Below are positions 8,334-17,732 of a stretch of DNA of 64,000 bases, piece by piece. The position numbers and the translations under genes were made by a program. Position 1 is the first letter of the stretch. Every line of letters begins with the position of its first letter. The notes under the pieces were generated by a model. That model searched no databases. It was not told where the DNA came from and worked only from the letters and a program-made list of their open reading frames with translations. This DNA is from an uncultured bacterium (GTDB lineage: Bacteria > Patescibacteriota > Patescibacteriia > CAIQCM01). The stretch is taken from positions 259,740-323,739 of the forward strand of contig OY970181.1 of assembly GCA_963708045.1 (NCBI GenBank), read 5' to 3'.

Positions 8334-9218
8334 ATGAAAAATATTTGGGTCAGGGTATTGGGTATTATTATACTAACCGTTGTTGTTAGTTTAATAACAA
8401 TAAAATTATTCACCACCCCAAACAGCACTACTTCAGAAATAAAAGCTAGTGCGTACGATAACGTTATAAAATCAGGCGTTATTCACGCCTGCTATATTGT
8501 TTACCCACCCGCCTTTATTAAAGATCCAAACACGGGTAAATTGTCAGGTATTTTTTATGAAACTTTGAACAAGGCGGCTGATAATATGGGTTTAAAAGTT
8601 GACTGGAACGCCGAGGTTGGTTGGGGTGATGCAATTGAAGCTCTAAACACCAACAAATGCGACCTTCTTGGTTCCGATGTTTGGACTAATTCTGCTCGGG
8701 GCAAGGCAGCAGAATTCGCCGTACCGATTTATTACAGCGCAATAAATGCATATGTACGCGCCGATGATAAGCGTTTTGATAATGATATTACCGTAGTCAA
8801 TAGTTCTAACTTTAAATTAGTGACAATCAACGGAGAAACATCGCAGGTGATTGCCTCGCAAAAATTTCCCAACGCTAAGACGCTACAATTGCCCCAATCA
8901 ACCGATACGGCTCAATTGTTCGTAAATGTTGCCGATGGGAAAGCGGATATGACTTTCCAAGAAGCGAGCACGGCGTATCAGTATATGAAAAATAACCCTG
9001 GCAAAATAAAGAACGTTACGGTTTTAAAACCGCTTGTCGTTTATGGAAATTCAATGATGCTTAAAAAGGGCGAATTCACGCTTAAGTCAGCGATTGATAA
9101 TGCGACAACCGAGTTGTTAAGTAATGGCTTTATTGATGATGTAATAAATAAATTTGAAAAAGAATATCCCGGCGGTTTCTATCGTGTTGCTGTACCGTAT
9201 ATAGCGCCGCAGAAATAA
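8334..9218 (+). CDS. polar amino-acid ABC transporter substrate-binding protein (SBP_bac_3-like)
   Basis: N-terminal TM/signal anchor and type-3 SBP-like layout. First gene of a three-gene ABC operon. Confidence 0.7.
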   Translation: MKNIWVRVLGIIILTVVVSLITIKLFTTPNSTTSEIKASAYDNVIKSGVIHACYIVYPPAFIKDPNTGKLSGIFYETLNKAADNMGLKVDWNAEVGWGDAIEALNTNKCDLLGSDVWTNSARGKAAEFAVPIYYSAINAYVRADDKRFDNDITVVNSSNFKLVTINGETSQVIASQKFPNAKTLQLPQSTDTAQLFVNVADGKADMTFQEASTAYQYMKNNPGKIKNVTVLKPLVVYGNSMMLKKGEFTLKSAIDNATTELLSNGFIDDVINKFEKEYPGGFYRVAVPYIAPQK

Positions 9219-9225
9219 TTGAATA

Positions 9226-9888
9226 ATGTCAGTCCTCGATATAATTATTAAGTATCAAGAGGGTCTGCGGGCAGGCCTTCTTGTTACATTAGAACTCTGC
9301 TTGATAATTTGGGCGTCAGGACTTATTGTTGGCACGATTATTGGATTTTCTAGTTCTCGCTCAAAGTCGGTTGGTGGAACAAGTAGAACAATCGCTTTTG
9401 TTCTTTCTGGCGTGCCCGCTCTTGTTCTTCTATTCTGGCTTCACTATCCGCTTCAACAAATTCTCGGTATTGTGGTTGATCCGTTCATAACCGCCACCCT
9501 TGCCTTATCGCTCATCAACATCTTTGCTGTGTCTGAAATAGTGAGAACCGCGCTTGTAGAATTTCCGAACCAGTATATTGTGGCTGGCCGAGTTTGCGGA
9601 CTTTCCGATCGGGCAATATTCAAAAAGATTGAACTTCCAATTGTTTTTCGCCAAATTATTCCTGGAATTTTAACCCTGCAAGTGGCGATGCTTCAACTTA
9701 CACTGTTTGCTAGTTTTATCTCGGTTGAAGAGATTTTTAGGGTTGCTCAGCGTATTAATTCGGTTATATATAAACCCGTAGAAATATATACCGCGCTTGC
9801 TATTTTGTTTTTAATCGTTTGTTTGCCGTTAAATGGGTTGGCAATTTATCTAAAAAATAAATATACCCGTAATCTTTCGGAGAAATAA
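9226..9888 (+). CDS. amino-acid ABC transporter permease
   Basis: 220 aa with 5-6 TM helices and an EAA-like loop (VCGLSDRAIFKKIELP). Sits between the SBP and the ATPase. Confidence 0.75.
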   Translation: MSVLDIIIKYQEGLRAGLLVTLELCLIIWASGLIVGTIIGFSSSRSKSVGGTSRTIAFVLSGVPALVLLFWLHYPLQQILGIVVDPFITATLALSLINIFAVSEIVRTALVEFPNQYIVAGRVCGLSDRAIFKKIELPIVFRQIIPGILTLQVAMLQLTLFASFISVEEIFRVAQRINSVIYKPVEIYTALAILFLIVCLPLNGLAIYLKNKYTRNLSEK

Positions 9889-9889
9889 C

Positions 9890-10612
9890 ATGTTGAAAAT
9901 ATCAAATATTACAAAGAAATATGGCAATAAGATTATTTTGGATAATATTAGTTTTGATATTGAACCAGGAACAATTACAGCAATAATCGGTCCAAGCGGC
10001 GCGGGGAAAACAACGCTTCTTAAAACAATTGGTATGCTTGAATTTGCCGATTCGGGATCAATTGCAATCAATGATTCTTTGTATCAATTCCCAACAACCA
10101 TTAAAGGACGAGAACCATGGCCAAAATTAACGATCGTCTTTCAGCAATTATTTATTTGGCCGCACCTCACCTTAAAACAAAACATCCTTTTACCGTTGGG
10201 TGGGGCGGTGTCAGGAAAAAAGAAAAAGCAATTTGATGATCTAATCAAACTTTTTGACATGAGCGACTTTGTAGAACGATATCCGAATGAAGTTTCAATC
10301 GGACAAAGGCAGCGCGCCGCTATCGTCCGCGCGTTAATGTTAAATCCAAAATACCTTCTATTGGACGAGGTGACGTCGTCGCTTGATGTTGAGCAGATTA
10401 CTGTTATTTTGGCGCACCTTGATGATATTAAAAAACGCGGCGTGGGCATTGTTTTGGTAACACACCTTTTAAATTTTGCCAGATCGGTAAGCGATCAAGT
10501 TATCTTTCTTGAGAACGGCAAGATTGTTGTATCAGGAACAAAAAACATTCTTGATAATCCAACCAACGAACGACTAAAGCAATTTACAGGACTTATTAAA
10601 CAGGCTAGTTAA
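9890..10612 (+). CDS. amino-acid ABC transporter ATP-binding protein
   Basis: Walker A GPSGAGKTTLL, Q-loop, signature-like SIGQRQR, Walker B LLLDEVTSSLD. Confidence 0.85.
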   Translation: MLKISNITKKYGNKIILDNISFDIEPGTITAIIGPSGAGKTTLLKTIGMLEFADSGSIAINDSLYQFPTTIKGREPWPKLTIVFQQLFIWPHLTLKQNILLPLGGAVSGKKKKQFDDLIKLFDMSDFVERYPNEVSIGQRQRAAIVRALMLNPKYLLLDEVTSSLDVEQITVILAHLDDIKKRGVGIVLVTHLLNFARSVSDQVIFLENGKIVVSGTKNILDNPTNERLKQFTGLIKQAS

Positions 10613-10668
10613 CACGAGCGAGCGAACCCAATTAGAAGATTTGTAAGAGAAATTAAAAAAATACGAAA

Positions 10669-10707
10669 ACAAAAAAGCCCGCGCGGTAAAGCCGTACGGG
10701 CTTTTTT
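10669..10707. terminator. bidirectional intrinsic terminator
   Basis: aaaaaagcccgcgcgg...ccgtacgggctttttt between convergent genes. Confidence 0.7.
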
Positions 10708-10733
10708 GCGCGAGCTTGAGATTTGGTGCTTGC

Positions 10734-11165
10734 TTACTTTTTTGGACTCTGGGCAAGAAGCCACATTATCGGCGCGGCTAGGCCAAGGCCGATGTATTGC
10801 AGCGTGCTTGGTTTGTTGTGGTTAATGAGCCAGTCGGCAATTGGCGCAAAGGCCATTTGCAAAACAAAGACCACCACAAGAAAGATTCCGGTTTGGACGG
10901 TTTTGTCGGCGGCAACGGCGCCACAGAGGTAGGTTGCGAGCCCGTTCGCGACCGCGACGGCAAAGATGATAAAGAGAGCTTTGCGAGGGACACTTCCAAT
11001 CTCGGCAATGTCTTTCCAAAACACAAGAATGGCAATCACAAGCGCGACCACGAGTACAACGAACAGGATTGCTCCTAGTTTGACATTAAGTGCCTTGGCC
11101 AGATTTGGCCAGCTCGTATAAGCGGCGGCAATGAAGGTGGCGAACAAAAAGGTTTTGATGTCCAC
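10734..11165 (-). CDS. small membrane protein (4 TM), hypothetical
   Basis: Hydrophobic ORF. Probable GTG start at 11165 preceded by AAGGAG (6-nt spacer); the longer TTG start at 11231 is less likely. Confidence 0.5.
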   Translation of the reverse strand: MDIKTFLFATFIAAAYTSWPNLAKALNVKLGAILFVVLVVALVIAILVFWKDIAEIGSVPRKALFIIFAVAVANGLATYLCGAVAADKTVQTGIFLVVVFVLQMAFAPIADWLINHNKPSTLQYIGLGLAAPIMWLLAQSPKK

Positions 11166-11284
11166 GGATTTCTCCTTGGTTAAAAGTGCGACGGTGCCTC
11201 GCACATTATGGTATTTTAGTGAAAGCGTCAAGGCTGCAAGCTATAAGACAAAGGCTCAGAACTACGCATAATAAGCGGTTAACC

Positions 11285-11313
11285 TTGACAAAAAAGGCGA
11301 AGTGTGGTATTTT
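11285..11313 (+). promoter_or_regulatory. sigma70-like promoter TTGACA-17-(TGg)TATTTT
   Basis: -35 at 11285-11290, extended -10 at 11305-11313. Drives a ~145-nt leader/sRNA ending at the hairpin at 11435-11464. Confidence 0.5.
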
Positions 11314-11434
11314 AATACATCGTGACGCTCTAGGGCGCAGATTGATGAAACACAGTTTTTTCACGAGAAACTCCGTTCCGGAAGCACAAAGTAATTTTTT
11401 ACGGCTTACATCGGATACTAAATAATCAATCAAA

Positions 11435-11464
11435 CAAAACCCCCGCTTAACGCGAGGGTTTTGT
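11435..11464 (+). terminator. intrinsic terminator/attenuator-like hairpin immediately upstream of the alkD-like gene
   Basis: aaaaccCCCGCttaacGCGAGGGttttgtg. The next gene starts 15 nt later. Confidence 0.4.
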
Positions 11465-11478
11465 GTTATGATGGCAAA

Positions 11479-12192
11479 ATGATTACTGCCAAAGAAATTC
11501 AAAAACGTTTGCGTAAGAAAGCGTCGGCCAAACGCGCCGCTGGCCTGCTTCGGTTTTTTAAAACTGGCGTTGGCGAATACGGAGAAGGCGATAAATTTTT
11601 GGGCGTCACCGTTCCCGATATTCGCGCGGCAATTAAAGATTGTCGCAATGTTTCTCCTCGCGAAATACAAAAACTTTTAGACTCGTCTTTTCACGAGGAA
11701 CGAATGGTGGGTACGTTTTGCCTCGCAAACGATTTTGTTAAAGCGGATCCAAAACAAAGAAAAATAATTTTTAATTTCTATTTAAAAAATACCGGGCGAA
11801 TTAATAATTGGGACTTGGTTGATTTGTCCGCGCCGACGATTGTCGGCGGATACCTCCTCAGCGCTTCTCTAAAAGAGAAGAAAGTGTTTTTTAAAAAATT
11901 ATCAGAATCTAAAAATTTATGGGAGCGGCGGATTGCTATTCTCGCCACCTTCGCATTTATTAAAAAAGGAAAATTTAGCGACACACTTGCCCTAGCTAAA
12001 AAATATTTAAACGACAAAGAAGATTTAATGCACAAAGCAACTGGCTGGATGCTTCGTGAGGTTGGCAAACGCTCGCCCAAAACACTGAAAAATTTTTTAG
12101 AAAAATTCGCCAATGTAATGCCGCGAACAATGCTTCGTTACGCAATAGAAAAATTCTCTCCCGCCGAACGAAAAAATTTTATGAATAAATAA
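11479..12192 (+). CDS. DNA alkylation repair protein (AlkD/AlkC-like HEAT-repeat glycosylase family)
   Basis: ~238 aa. The motifs NNWDLVDLSAP and KATGWMLRE are typical of the DNA_alkylation family. Start likely MITAKE at 11479. Confidence 0.65.
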   Translation: MITAKEIQKRLRKKASAKRAAGLLRFFKTGVGEYGEGDKFLGVTVPDIRAAIKDCRNVSPREIQKLLDSSFHEERMVGTFCLANDFVKADPKQRKIIFNFYLKNTGRINNWDLVDLSAPTIVGGYLLSASLKEKKVFFKKLSESKNLWERRIAILATFAFIKKGKFSDTLALAKKYLNDKEDLMHKATGWMLREVGKRSPKTLKNFLEKFANVMPRTMLRYAIEKFSPAERKNFMNK

Positions 12193-12265
12193 TTTATTTT
12201 TTTAAAACCACCCCAGTGCAGATTGGAGTGGTTTTAATTACGTGCCACGAGCGACGCGCTACGGG

Positions 12266-12730
12266 CTATTTCTTCGGCGCCTCGCCAGTATTCTGACTCG
12301 GAGCGGGCGCGCTCGTATCAAGCGGGGCAACCTCAACAATTTTATCGCCAACCGGATCGTAGAGAATTGCGCGTTTAGAAATTGAATAAATAATAACTTT
12401 ATATCCAACCTTGGCGTTCGCGAAAAATGGCTGATCTTTAAATGGCGCGAGGTCAGTTATCGTGGCGATGGTCGGCGTTTCGCTTACCGGCAAAACCATT
12501 AGTTTACCCACACGGGCGATTAGGTTTTTATTTTCGTTGTCCGTCGGTTTGGTCGGGTTTTTGCTAAGGTCTTGAAATTGAAGATAAAAATAAACCGCCG
12601 CGCCCGCGGAAAGTAGGGTTGTTGCCGAAAGAACAACGATAACGATAAACGTCGTAAGCGGCCGGCGGCGCATGGTTTGGATTTGGGGCGGGGTGAAGGT
12701 CGCTTCGGTTGTTTTTATTTTAATTGCCAT
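12266..12730 (-). CDS. membrane-anchored hypothetical protein
   Basis: 154 aa, with a single N-terminal TM (TTFIVIVVLSATTLLSAGAAVYFYL) and a soluble domain. No known motif. Confidence 0.45.
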   Translation of the reverse strand: MAIKIKTTEATFTPPQIQTMRRRPLTTFIVIVVLSATTLLSAGAAVYFYLQFQDLSKNPTKPTDNENKNLIARVGKLMVLPVSETPTIATITDLAPFKDQPFFANAKVGYKVIIYSISKRAILYDPVGDKIVEVAPLDTSAPAPSQNTGEAPKK

Positions 12731-12869
12731 AAGTTTTTGTTGAAGATAAACCTATTTTATCACAAATCCTTAGTCTACGAAAACACCGTTTTGTTATTGA
12801 CAACAACCGATAAATCCATTATCTTTCTCAGTGTCGCCGGAGAAAAACCCGGCACGAAAATATGCTTAT

Positions 12870-12941
12870 GGTGCCTATGGTGTAATGGTAGCACAGGGGC
12901 TTGTGGAGCCCTTAGCGTGGGTTCGATCCCCACTAGGCACC
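12870..12941 (+). tRNA. tRNA-His (anticodon GTG) with genome-encoded G-1
   Basis: G-1 plus acceptor gtgccta/taggcac with discriminator C73. Anticodon stem ggggc/gcccc, loop ttGTGga. T-loop ttcgatc. Confidence 0.9.
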
Positions 12942-12946
12942 CTTTC

Positions 12947-12976
12947 AAAATCCGACCTTTTAACAGGTCGGATTTT
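12947..12976 (+). terminator. intrinsic terminator after tRNA-His
   Basis: aaaatccgacc-ttttaacag-gtcggatttt. Confidence 0.6.
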
Positions 12977-12994
12977 GTTATACGATGAAATTGT

Positions 12995-13600
12995 ATGAGA
13001 AAAATTATTACAACCACATTTGTTACATTGGATGGCGTCATGCAGGCCCCCGGAGGCCCGACGGAGGACACGTCGGGCGGATTTGCCTATGGCGGCTGGC
13101 AAATGTCTTTTCCGAAAGACAAAATGTTGAATTCCATCCTAAACGAATTTTTTGGCATGCAATTCGAGCTTCTCCTCGGCAAGACCACCTATGATATCTT
13201 CGCCGCATACTGGCCCCATGCAACAACCGATCTCTGAAGTGGCGGCTCCATTTAACAGCACAAAAAATATGTGGTCTCGCATGAATCTTTTGAACCTTCT
13301 TGGAACAACTCAATCTGCATTGCTGGCGATGTGGTGGCACAACTCAAAGCACTTAAAGAACAAGACGGTCCAGACTTGTGGGTCTGGGGCAGTGGCAATC
13401 TCATCCAGACTTTGCTCAAAAATAATTTGATTGATCGTATGCATCTCTGGATATACCCAATCACTCTTGGTATCGGCAAGCGACTGTTCGCGGAAGGCAC
13501 CCAAGCCGAACACTGGAAAATTGTGGACTCAAAAATTTCTACGACCGGAGTGATTGTTGGTACCTATGAACCGGCGGGACCGCTCAAGGCCGGAATATAG
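12995..13600 (+). pseudogene. disrupted RibD_C/dihydrofolate-reductase-family gene (YwjB-like)
   Basis: The N-terminal part (MRKIITTTFVTLDGVMQAPGGP...YWPHATTDL) and C-terminal part (...NNSICIAGDVVAQLKALKEQDGPDLWVWGSGNLIQTLL...LWIYPITLGIGKRLF) are in the same frame. They are separated by in-frame TGA (13235) and TAA (13253). The homologous middle segment (EVAAPFNSTKNMW) lies in another frame. Confidence 0.55.
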
Positions 13601-13807
13601 ATCGTTGCATCATTGACCTCAACATTAATAGTTCTAACATCCTCCACGATTTCAACCCCATGAAAAACCCTTCGCCGTTCGGCGAAGGGTTTTTCAATAT
13701 GGTGACAGCGGTTGAATTATGGCTGTTTGCAAGAGCTTCTGCGCAGAGTTATATGTCGGTATCGTCATATTGCAATTATTGATTTATTATGATATATTGT
13801 TTTTGAT

Positions 13808-14854
13808 ATGTCATTCAATCCAACAGGTCCACACAAATTAGATTTATTACCGCCAAAACAAGCCATTAAAAACGGCGATTTTCACGATCTCCTGCTTAAT
13901 GCTCGCGTTGAATTAGCCGAACTTAAAGGGGCGACAGGGCATATTCCTAACCCCCTTCTTTTAATAACGCCACTAATGGTTAGGGAATCAGTTGAAAGCT
14001 CTGGTATTGAAAACATAAATACTACCGTTGCTAAGGTTTTTGAGAACCAGCTTTTGCCAGAATCAGAACAATCCACCCCTGACAAGGAAGTCATCCATTA
14101 TAGAGAAGCGCTTCATTGGGGCGCGAACAAGCTCGATGAGTTTGCATTATCAAACCGCATTATTATTGGCGTACAACAAAAATTGTTACCAAACGATTTA
14201 GGAGGATATCGCAAAATTCAAAATCAAATCGTAAATACCCGCTCCAAAGAGGTGTTATATACGCCACCGACCTGTGTCAGCATCCCAGAATTAATAAGTA
14301 ATTGGGAAAAATTCGTAAATACCAATGATGGTCTTGATCCATTGCTCCGTGCGGCAATCGCCCACTACCAGTTTGAATCCATTCACCCATTCTTAGATGG
14401 AAACGGCAGGACAGGTAGGATCTTGATGGTTTTACAACTGGTCAAAGATGGTGTGTTAGATCATCCAATCTTATTTATTAGTGGTTATATAAATAAAAAC
14501 AAGTCGGATTATTATCGTTTGTTGCGCGACGTTACTGTAAATAATAATTGGGCTGCGTATATTGAATTCATGCTGCAGGCTTTTTGTGTTCAAGCTCAAG
14601 AGACAAAAGCTGCCTTGAAAAAAGTTGAGTCGTTGATTAGGGAACTCAAACAAAAGATCAAAAATGAACACCCCAAAATATATTCTGGCGATTTGCTAGA
14701 AGCACTCTTTACTTATCCAGTAATAAATCCCTCGAAGATGGCCAGTGTGTTAGATATTCACTACACAACAGCGAGTAGATACTTAATAGAATTAGAAAAA
14801 GCGGGAATACTACATTCTGTTAAGGTTGGTCGTAACCACTTCTTTGTAAATTGA
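13808..14854 (+). CDS. Fic/DOC family protein (AMPylase-type) with C-terminal winged-helix region
   Basis: Canonical Fic motif HPFLDGNGRTGR at residues ~193-204. AT-rich promoter region upstream. Confidence 0.85.
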   Translation: MSFNPTGPHKLDLLPPKQAIKNGDFHDLLLNARVELAELKGATGHIPNPLLLITPLMVRESVESSGIENINTTVAKVFENQLLPESEQSTPDKEVIHYREALHWGANKLDEFALSNRIIIGVQQKLLPNDLGGYRKIQNQIVNTRSKEVLYTPPTCVSIPELISNWEKFVNTNDGLDPLLRAAIAHYQFESIHPFLDGNGRTGRILMVLQLVKDGVLDHPILFISGYINKNKSDYYRLLRDVTVNNNWAAYIEFMLQAFCVQAQETKAALKKVESLIRELKQKIKNEHPKIYSGDLLEALFTYPVINPSKMASVLDIHYTTASRYLIELEKAGILHSVKVGRNHFFVN

Positions 14855-15073
14855 AAATTAGTTTCAGCTCTAAATTAGAGTTCTGACACCGATTAACAAT
14901 TGGTTAATTTCACCCCAATCCGCAGTTCCGAACGCCGCAGATAGGCGACCCTATGAAGAACCCTTCGTCAATCGGCGAAGGGTTCTTCGGTTATGGTCTA
15001 TGTTAAGCGGCCGTGTCCTAGTTTTAGTTCTTTGACTGGCGGCTTATCAAGAGTTTGCATATACTTAAAATGT

Positions 15074-15664
15074 ATGAAACTTTTAGTTATCAATAATGGA
15101 ACATCGTATTTAAAACCACTCCTTAAAGCTTTGTCACCTAATGATGTTACTGTAATTACTCGTGAAGAATTTTTAAAGATAAAAAAATTATCGTGCGATG
15201 TGGTTATATTATCCGGCGGACATTCACTTACGGTTAAAAACCACGACCAAGAATATATGAATGAACTTAGTTTAATTAAAAAGGGGAACCGCCCCGTTCT
15301 TGGTATTTGTCTTGGTTTTGAGCTTGTTGCGCATGCTTTTGGCGCGACGCTAATTAAACTTAAAGCAAAAGAAAATAACATTGTTAAAATGACCGCCGCG
15401 TTTCCTCACCCGATATTTTCCGGCCTTAAAAATATTACAGCTTTTGAAAATCACCGCTGGGTGGTCAAAAAAGCTAAAAAACCGCTTATCTGTTTAGCCT
15501 CATCAAAAGACGGTTGCGAGATTATTGCTCATCAATCCAAATTAATTTTTGGCCTACAATTTCACCCCGAGATGCTACCCAACAAAACATCCGGCGGCTT
15601 GATTTTAAAAAACTGTTTAAAATATATTAAAAAGAATTTAAAATGCAAAACCGCCAGCGTTTAG
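15074..15664 (+). CDS. class-I glutamine amidotransferase-like protein
   Basis: GATase1 motifs VLGICLGFELVAHAFG (Cys nucleophile) and FGLQFHPE (His). Start probably MKLLVINNG at 15074. Confidence 0.65.
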   Translation: MKLLVINNGTSYLKPLLKALSPNDVTVITREEFLKIKKLSCDVVILSGGHSLTVKNHDQEYMNELSLIKKGNRPVLGICLGFELVAHAFGATLIKLKAKENNIVKMTAAFPHPIFSGLKNITAFENHRWVVKKAKKPLICLASSKDGCEIIAHQSKLIFGLQFHPEMLPNKTSGGLILKNCLKYIKKNLKCKTASV

Positions 15665-15675
15665 CTGGCGGTTTT
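15646..15675. terminator. bidirectional intrinsic terminator
   Basis: aaaaccgccagc-gttta-gctggcggtttt between convergent genes. Confidence 0.7.
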
Positions 15676-15724
15676 CATTGGTGGACATTCTCAAATATGC
15701 AAACCTGCCGATTGCTTTCGGGTA

Positions 15725-16198
15725 TTAGTAAAGGTTCGCGAGACACTCAACATAATTGGCATTTGTTACATAAGCTACCCCAACACTGCATGTCGCTGGT
15801 GGTTCCAGAAAGTAAACTATTGTTGGTAGGTTTCCGGCGGCGGCGGATGCGCCATTGTAAACGTAACCACTGTTTCCGCGTGAATTGCCATCGTTTGGAT
15901 CGGTGGGTTTATTAGGCATGAACGGCTGGAAAAATGCGTCCACCGTGTTGCTTGATAAATAATTCGTGCACGCAGTAGATATGCACTTCCATGCATCGCC
16001 GCCGGTTGAGGGATATGTCCCACCAGCATCAAGACCAAGGCTGAACGCGGTCACCAATTGTTTAACATCGGCATTTCGTTTGGTGTTTCTTGATTGTTTT
16101 CGGACCGTACTCAAAGACACGACCGCAATTGTTGAAAGAAGGCCTACAATAGAAATCACAACCAGTAATTCAACAAGTGTAAATCCTTTGCGTGACAT
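15725..16198 (-). CDS. type IV pilin / pseudopilin with prepilin N-terminal methylation motif
   Basis: MSRKGFTLVELLVVISIVGLLSTIAV at the N-terminus (G|FTLxE class III signal). Confidence 0.8.
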   Translation of the reverse strand: MSRKGFTLVELLVVISIVGLLSTIAVVSLSTVRKQSRNTKRNADVKQLVTAFSLGLDAGGTYPSTGGDAWKCISTACTNYLSSNTVDAFFQPFMPNKPTDPNDGNSRGNSGYVYNGASAAAGNLPTIVYFLEPPATCSVGVAYVTNANYVECLANLY

Positions 16199-16287
16199 AA
16201 GAAGTAATTATAGCACAAACGAAGGGGTACAGATCGCTTCGTTTGTGCTCCGTGATTCGGCTTAATATTTTTGATATAATTTGAATT

Positions 16288-16530
16288 ATGAAACTGACAA
16301 ATGACAGTTATCAAATTTCTATTGGCACAAAAAATTTTACTGAAAGCTATTTTCGCGATAAAGATGGTTGGGTAAAAATTTCTGCAAAAGGTAAAAAATT
16401 TCGCATGACCGCGGAGCAGTTTTTGAATCACTTATTGCCAGCCATCGCTGGTGTAAAGTCGGGATTAATTTGGCGTGTTGAATATAAACATAAAAAAATT
16501 CCCCGCACCAATTTTGGTGCGGGGAATTAA
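16288..16530 (+). CDS. small hypothetical protein
   Basis: 80-aa ORF filling an intergenic gap. No motif. Confidence 0.3.
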   Translation: MKLTNDSYQISIGTKNFTESYFRDKDGWVKISAKGKKFRMTAEQFLNHLLPAIAGVKSGLIWRVEYKHKKIPRTNFGAGN

Positions 16531-16538
16531 GAGGTGGA

Positions 16539-17429
16539 CTAAGGGAAAGCTATGCGGATGAGTGTGTCCATTGCTTTAATAAATTTATCTTGTTTTTCAT
16601 TTCTAACATTTGTCGTTCTGTCGTGTTGACGCACGCCGTAAGCAAGTTCAATTTGTATGGCCGCGGCAAGGTGGCCAAAAGGATTGCCGTGCTTGCGTAC
16701 TAGATAGCCACCGTTATATCTGTCGGGAAGGTTTGGTACTTCAGTAATCGTGCCGGAAAAAAGTTCGTCTTCTCCGACCGAGCCACGTTGAACAACGGTC
16801 GCTTTTGGCCAATCTTTACTCACTTTTATTCGCCAAATTTTTTCTTGGATTGGTTCAGATTCAGGACAAAAAACCAATAGTCCTACAGCCTTGAGCGCAT
16901 CTCTGAGTTGATAATCAAGTGAGTTTCTATTTTTATGCAAGGCTAGTCCAGTTCGGACCGTTCCGCGATTTCTTGTTCCAAGAATTGCGTCATAGCCGCC
17001 CGGTGGCGCATAGCTTGGGTTGTCTGCAAAACCATGAAGGTCAAGAAGAAGGCATGGTCCGTGAACCGACTCGGCTTCGGCAAGTCGCTTTTCTATTTCT
17101 GCGTGAAAGCCATCGTAATATCGTTTAAGGAGTGGGTCGCGATATCCGTCTTCTGGTTCAACGTTGGTTTCCACAAAATTTCGGTTGAACTGATTATAGA
17201 TAACGCCGACCCGCGGCGACGCCGCCCGAAAAATATCCATTGCAAGCGGTAACGCGTTTAGGTCGGAACAACTTTCGGTTAGCCGGTCAAAAAACAAGCC
17301 GCGAAACACGTCTTTGTTTAGTCCGTCGTGTTGAACTGTGACAAAAACCGGTGGCGGCGTTTCTGCCGAAGGGACAATCGTCAATCCAAAATCGTGGTGA
17401 ACTAGACAACGAGGCACTCTCTTTTCCAT
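16539..17429 (-). CDS. putative zinc hydrolase, N-formylglutamate amidohydrolase-like family (tentative)
   Basis: 296 aa from ATG 17429 (MEKRVPRC...) with RBS AAGGAG. Motifs ...HDG... and LLLDLHGF resemble the FGase/carboxypeptidase-like fold. The family assignment is from memory only. Confidence 0.4.
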   Translation of the reverse strand: MEKRVPRCLVHHDFGLTIVPSAETPPPVFVTVQHDGLNKDVFRGLFFDRLTESCSDLNALPLAMDIFRAASPRVGVIYNQFNRNFVETNVEPEDGYRDPLLKRYYDGFHAEIEKRLAEAESVHGPCLLLDLHGFADNPSYAPPGGYDAILGTRNRGTVRTGLALHKNRNSLDYQLRDALKAVGLLVFCPESEPIQEKIWRIKVSKDWPKATVVQRGSVGEDELFSGTITEVPNLPDRYNGGYLVRKHGNPFGHLAAAIQIELAYGVRQHDRTTNVRNEKQDKFIKAMDTLIRIAFP

Positions 17430-17732
17430 CGTATCTCCTTGGTTGGTTGTTTGTGAAAACAAAAAAGCCCCAGAGGGGCTGTAATCAATACTTATCTTGA
17501 GTATTAAAAAAGCACCCTGTCACTTGGGGAAGCACATTCGCAAAATCCAGACCAAGTTAAAGTTTGCTTATTCATTAACATAAAGATGAGTGTAGATGAA
17601 ACGGCGTGCATTGTCAATTGTCGTTAGCGCGAAACGCGAATTAATCCGTCACCGAAATTTTATAAAGTTACACCCTGCGCGGACGAGCCGGCAGGGTGTG
17701 GGGTGAGGGGAGTGTTTGGATCGCGGCTTTGA

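Noticed and set aside
11206-11670. 154-aa minus-strand ORF spanning the promoter/leader and the alkD-like gene start
   Set aside because: It crosses a terminator hairpin and a strong plus-strand promoter, and is antisense to a gene with family motifs. Composition is not protein-like.
12995-13600. TGA read-through (alternative genetic code) to rescue the RibD_C gene
   Set aside because: A TAA stop also intervenes at 13253, and the homologous middle segment lies in a different frame. All other genes in the window terminate normally on TGA/TAA/TAG, so a pseudogene or error is more parsimonious than code 25.
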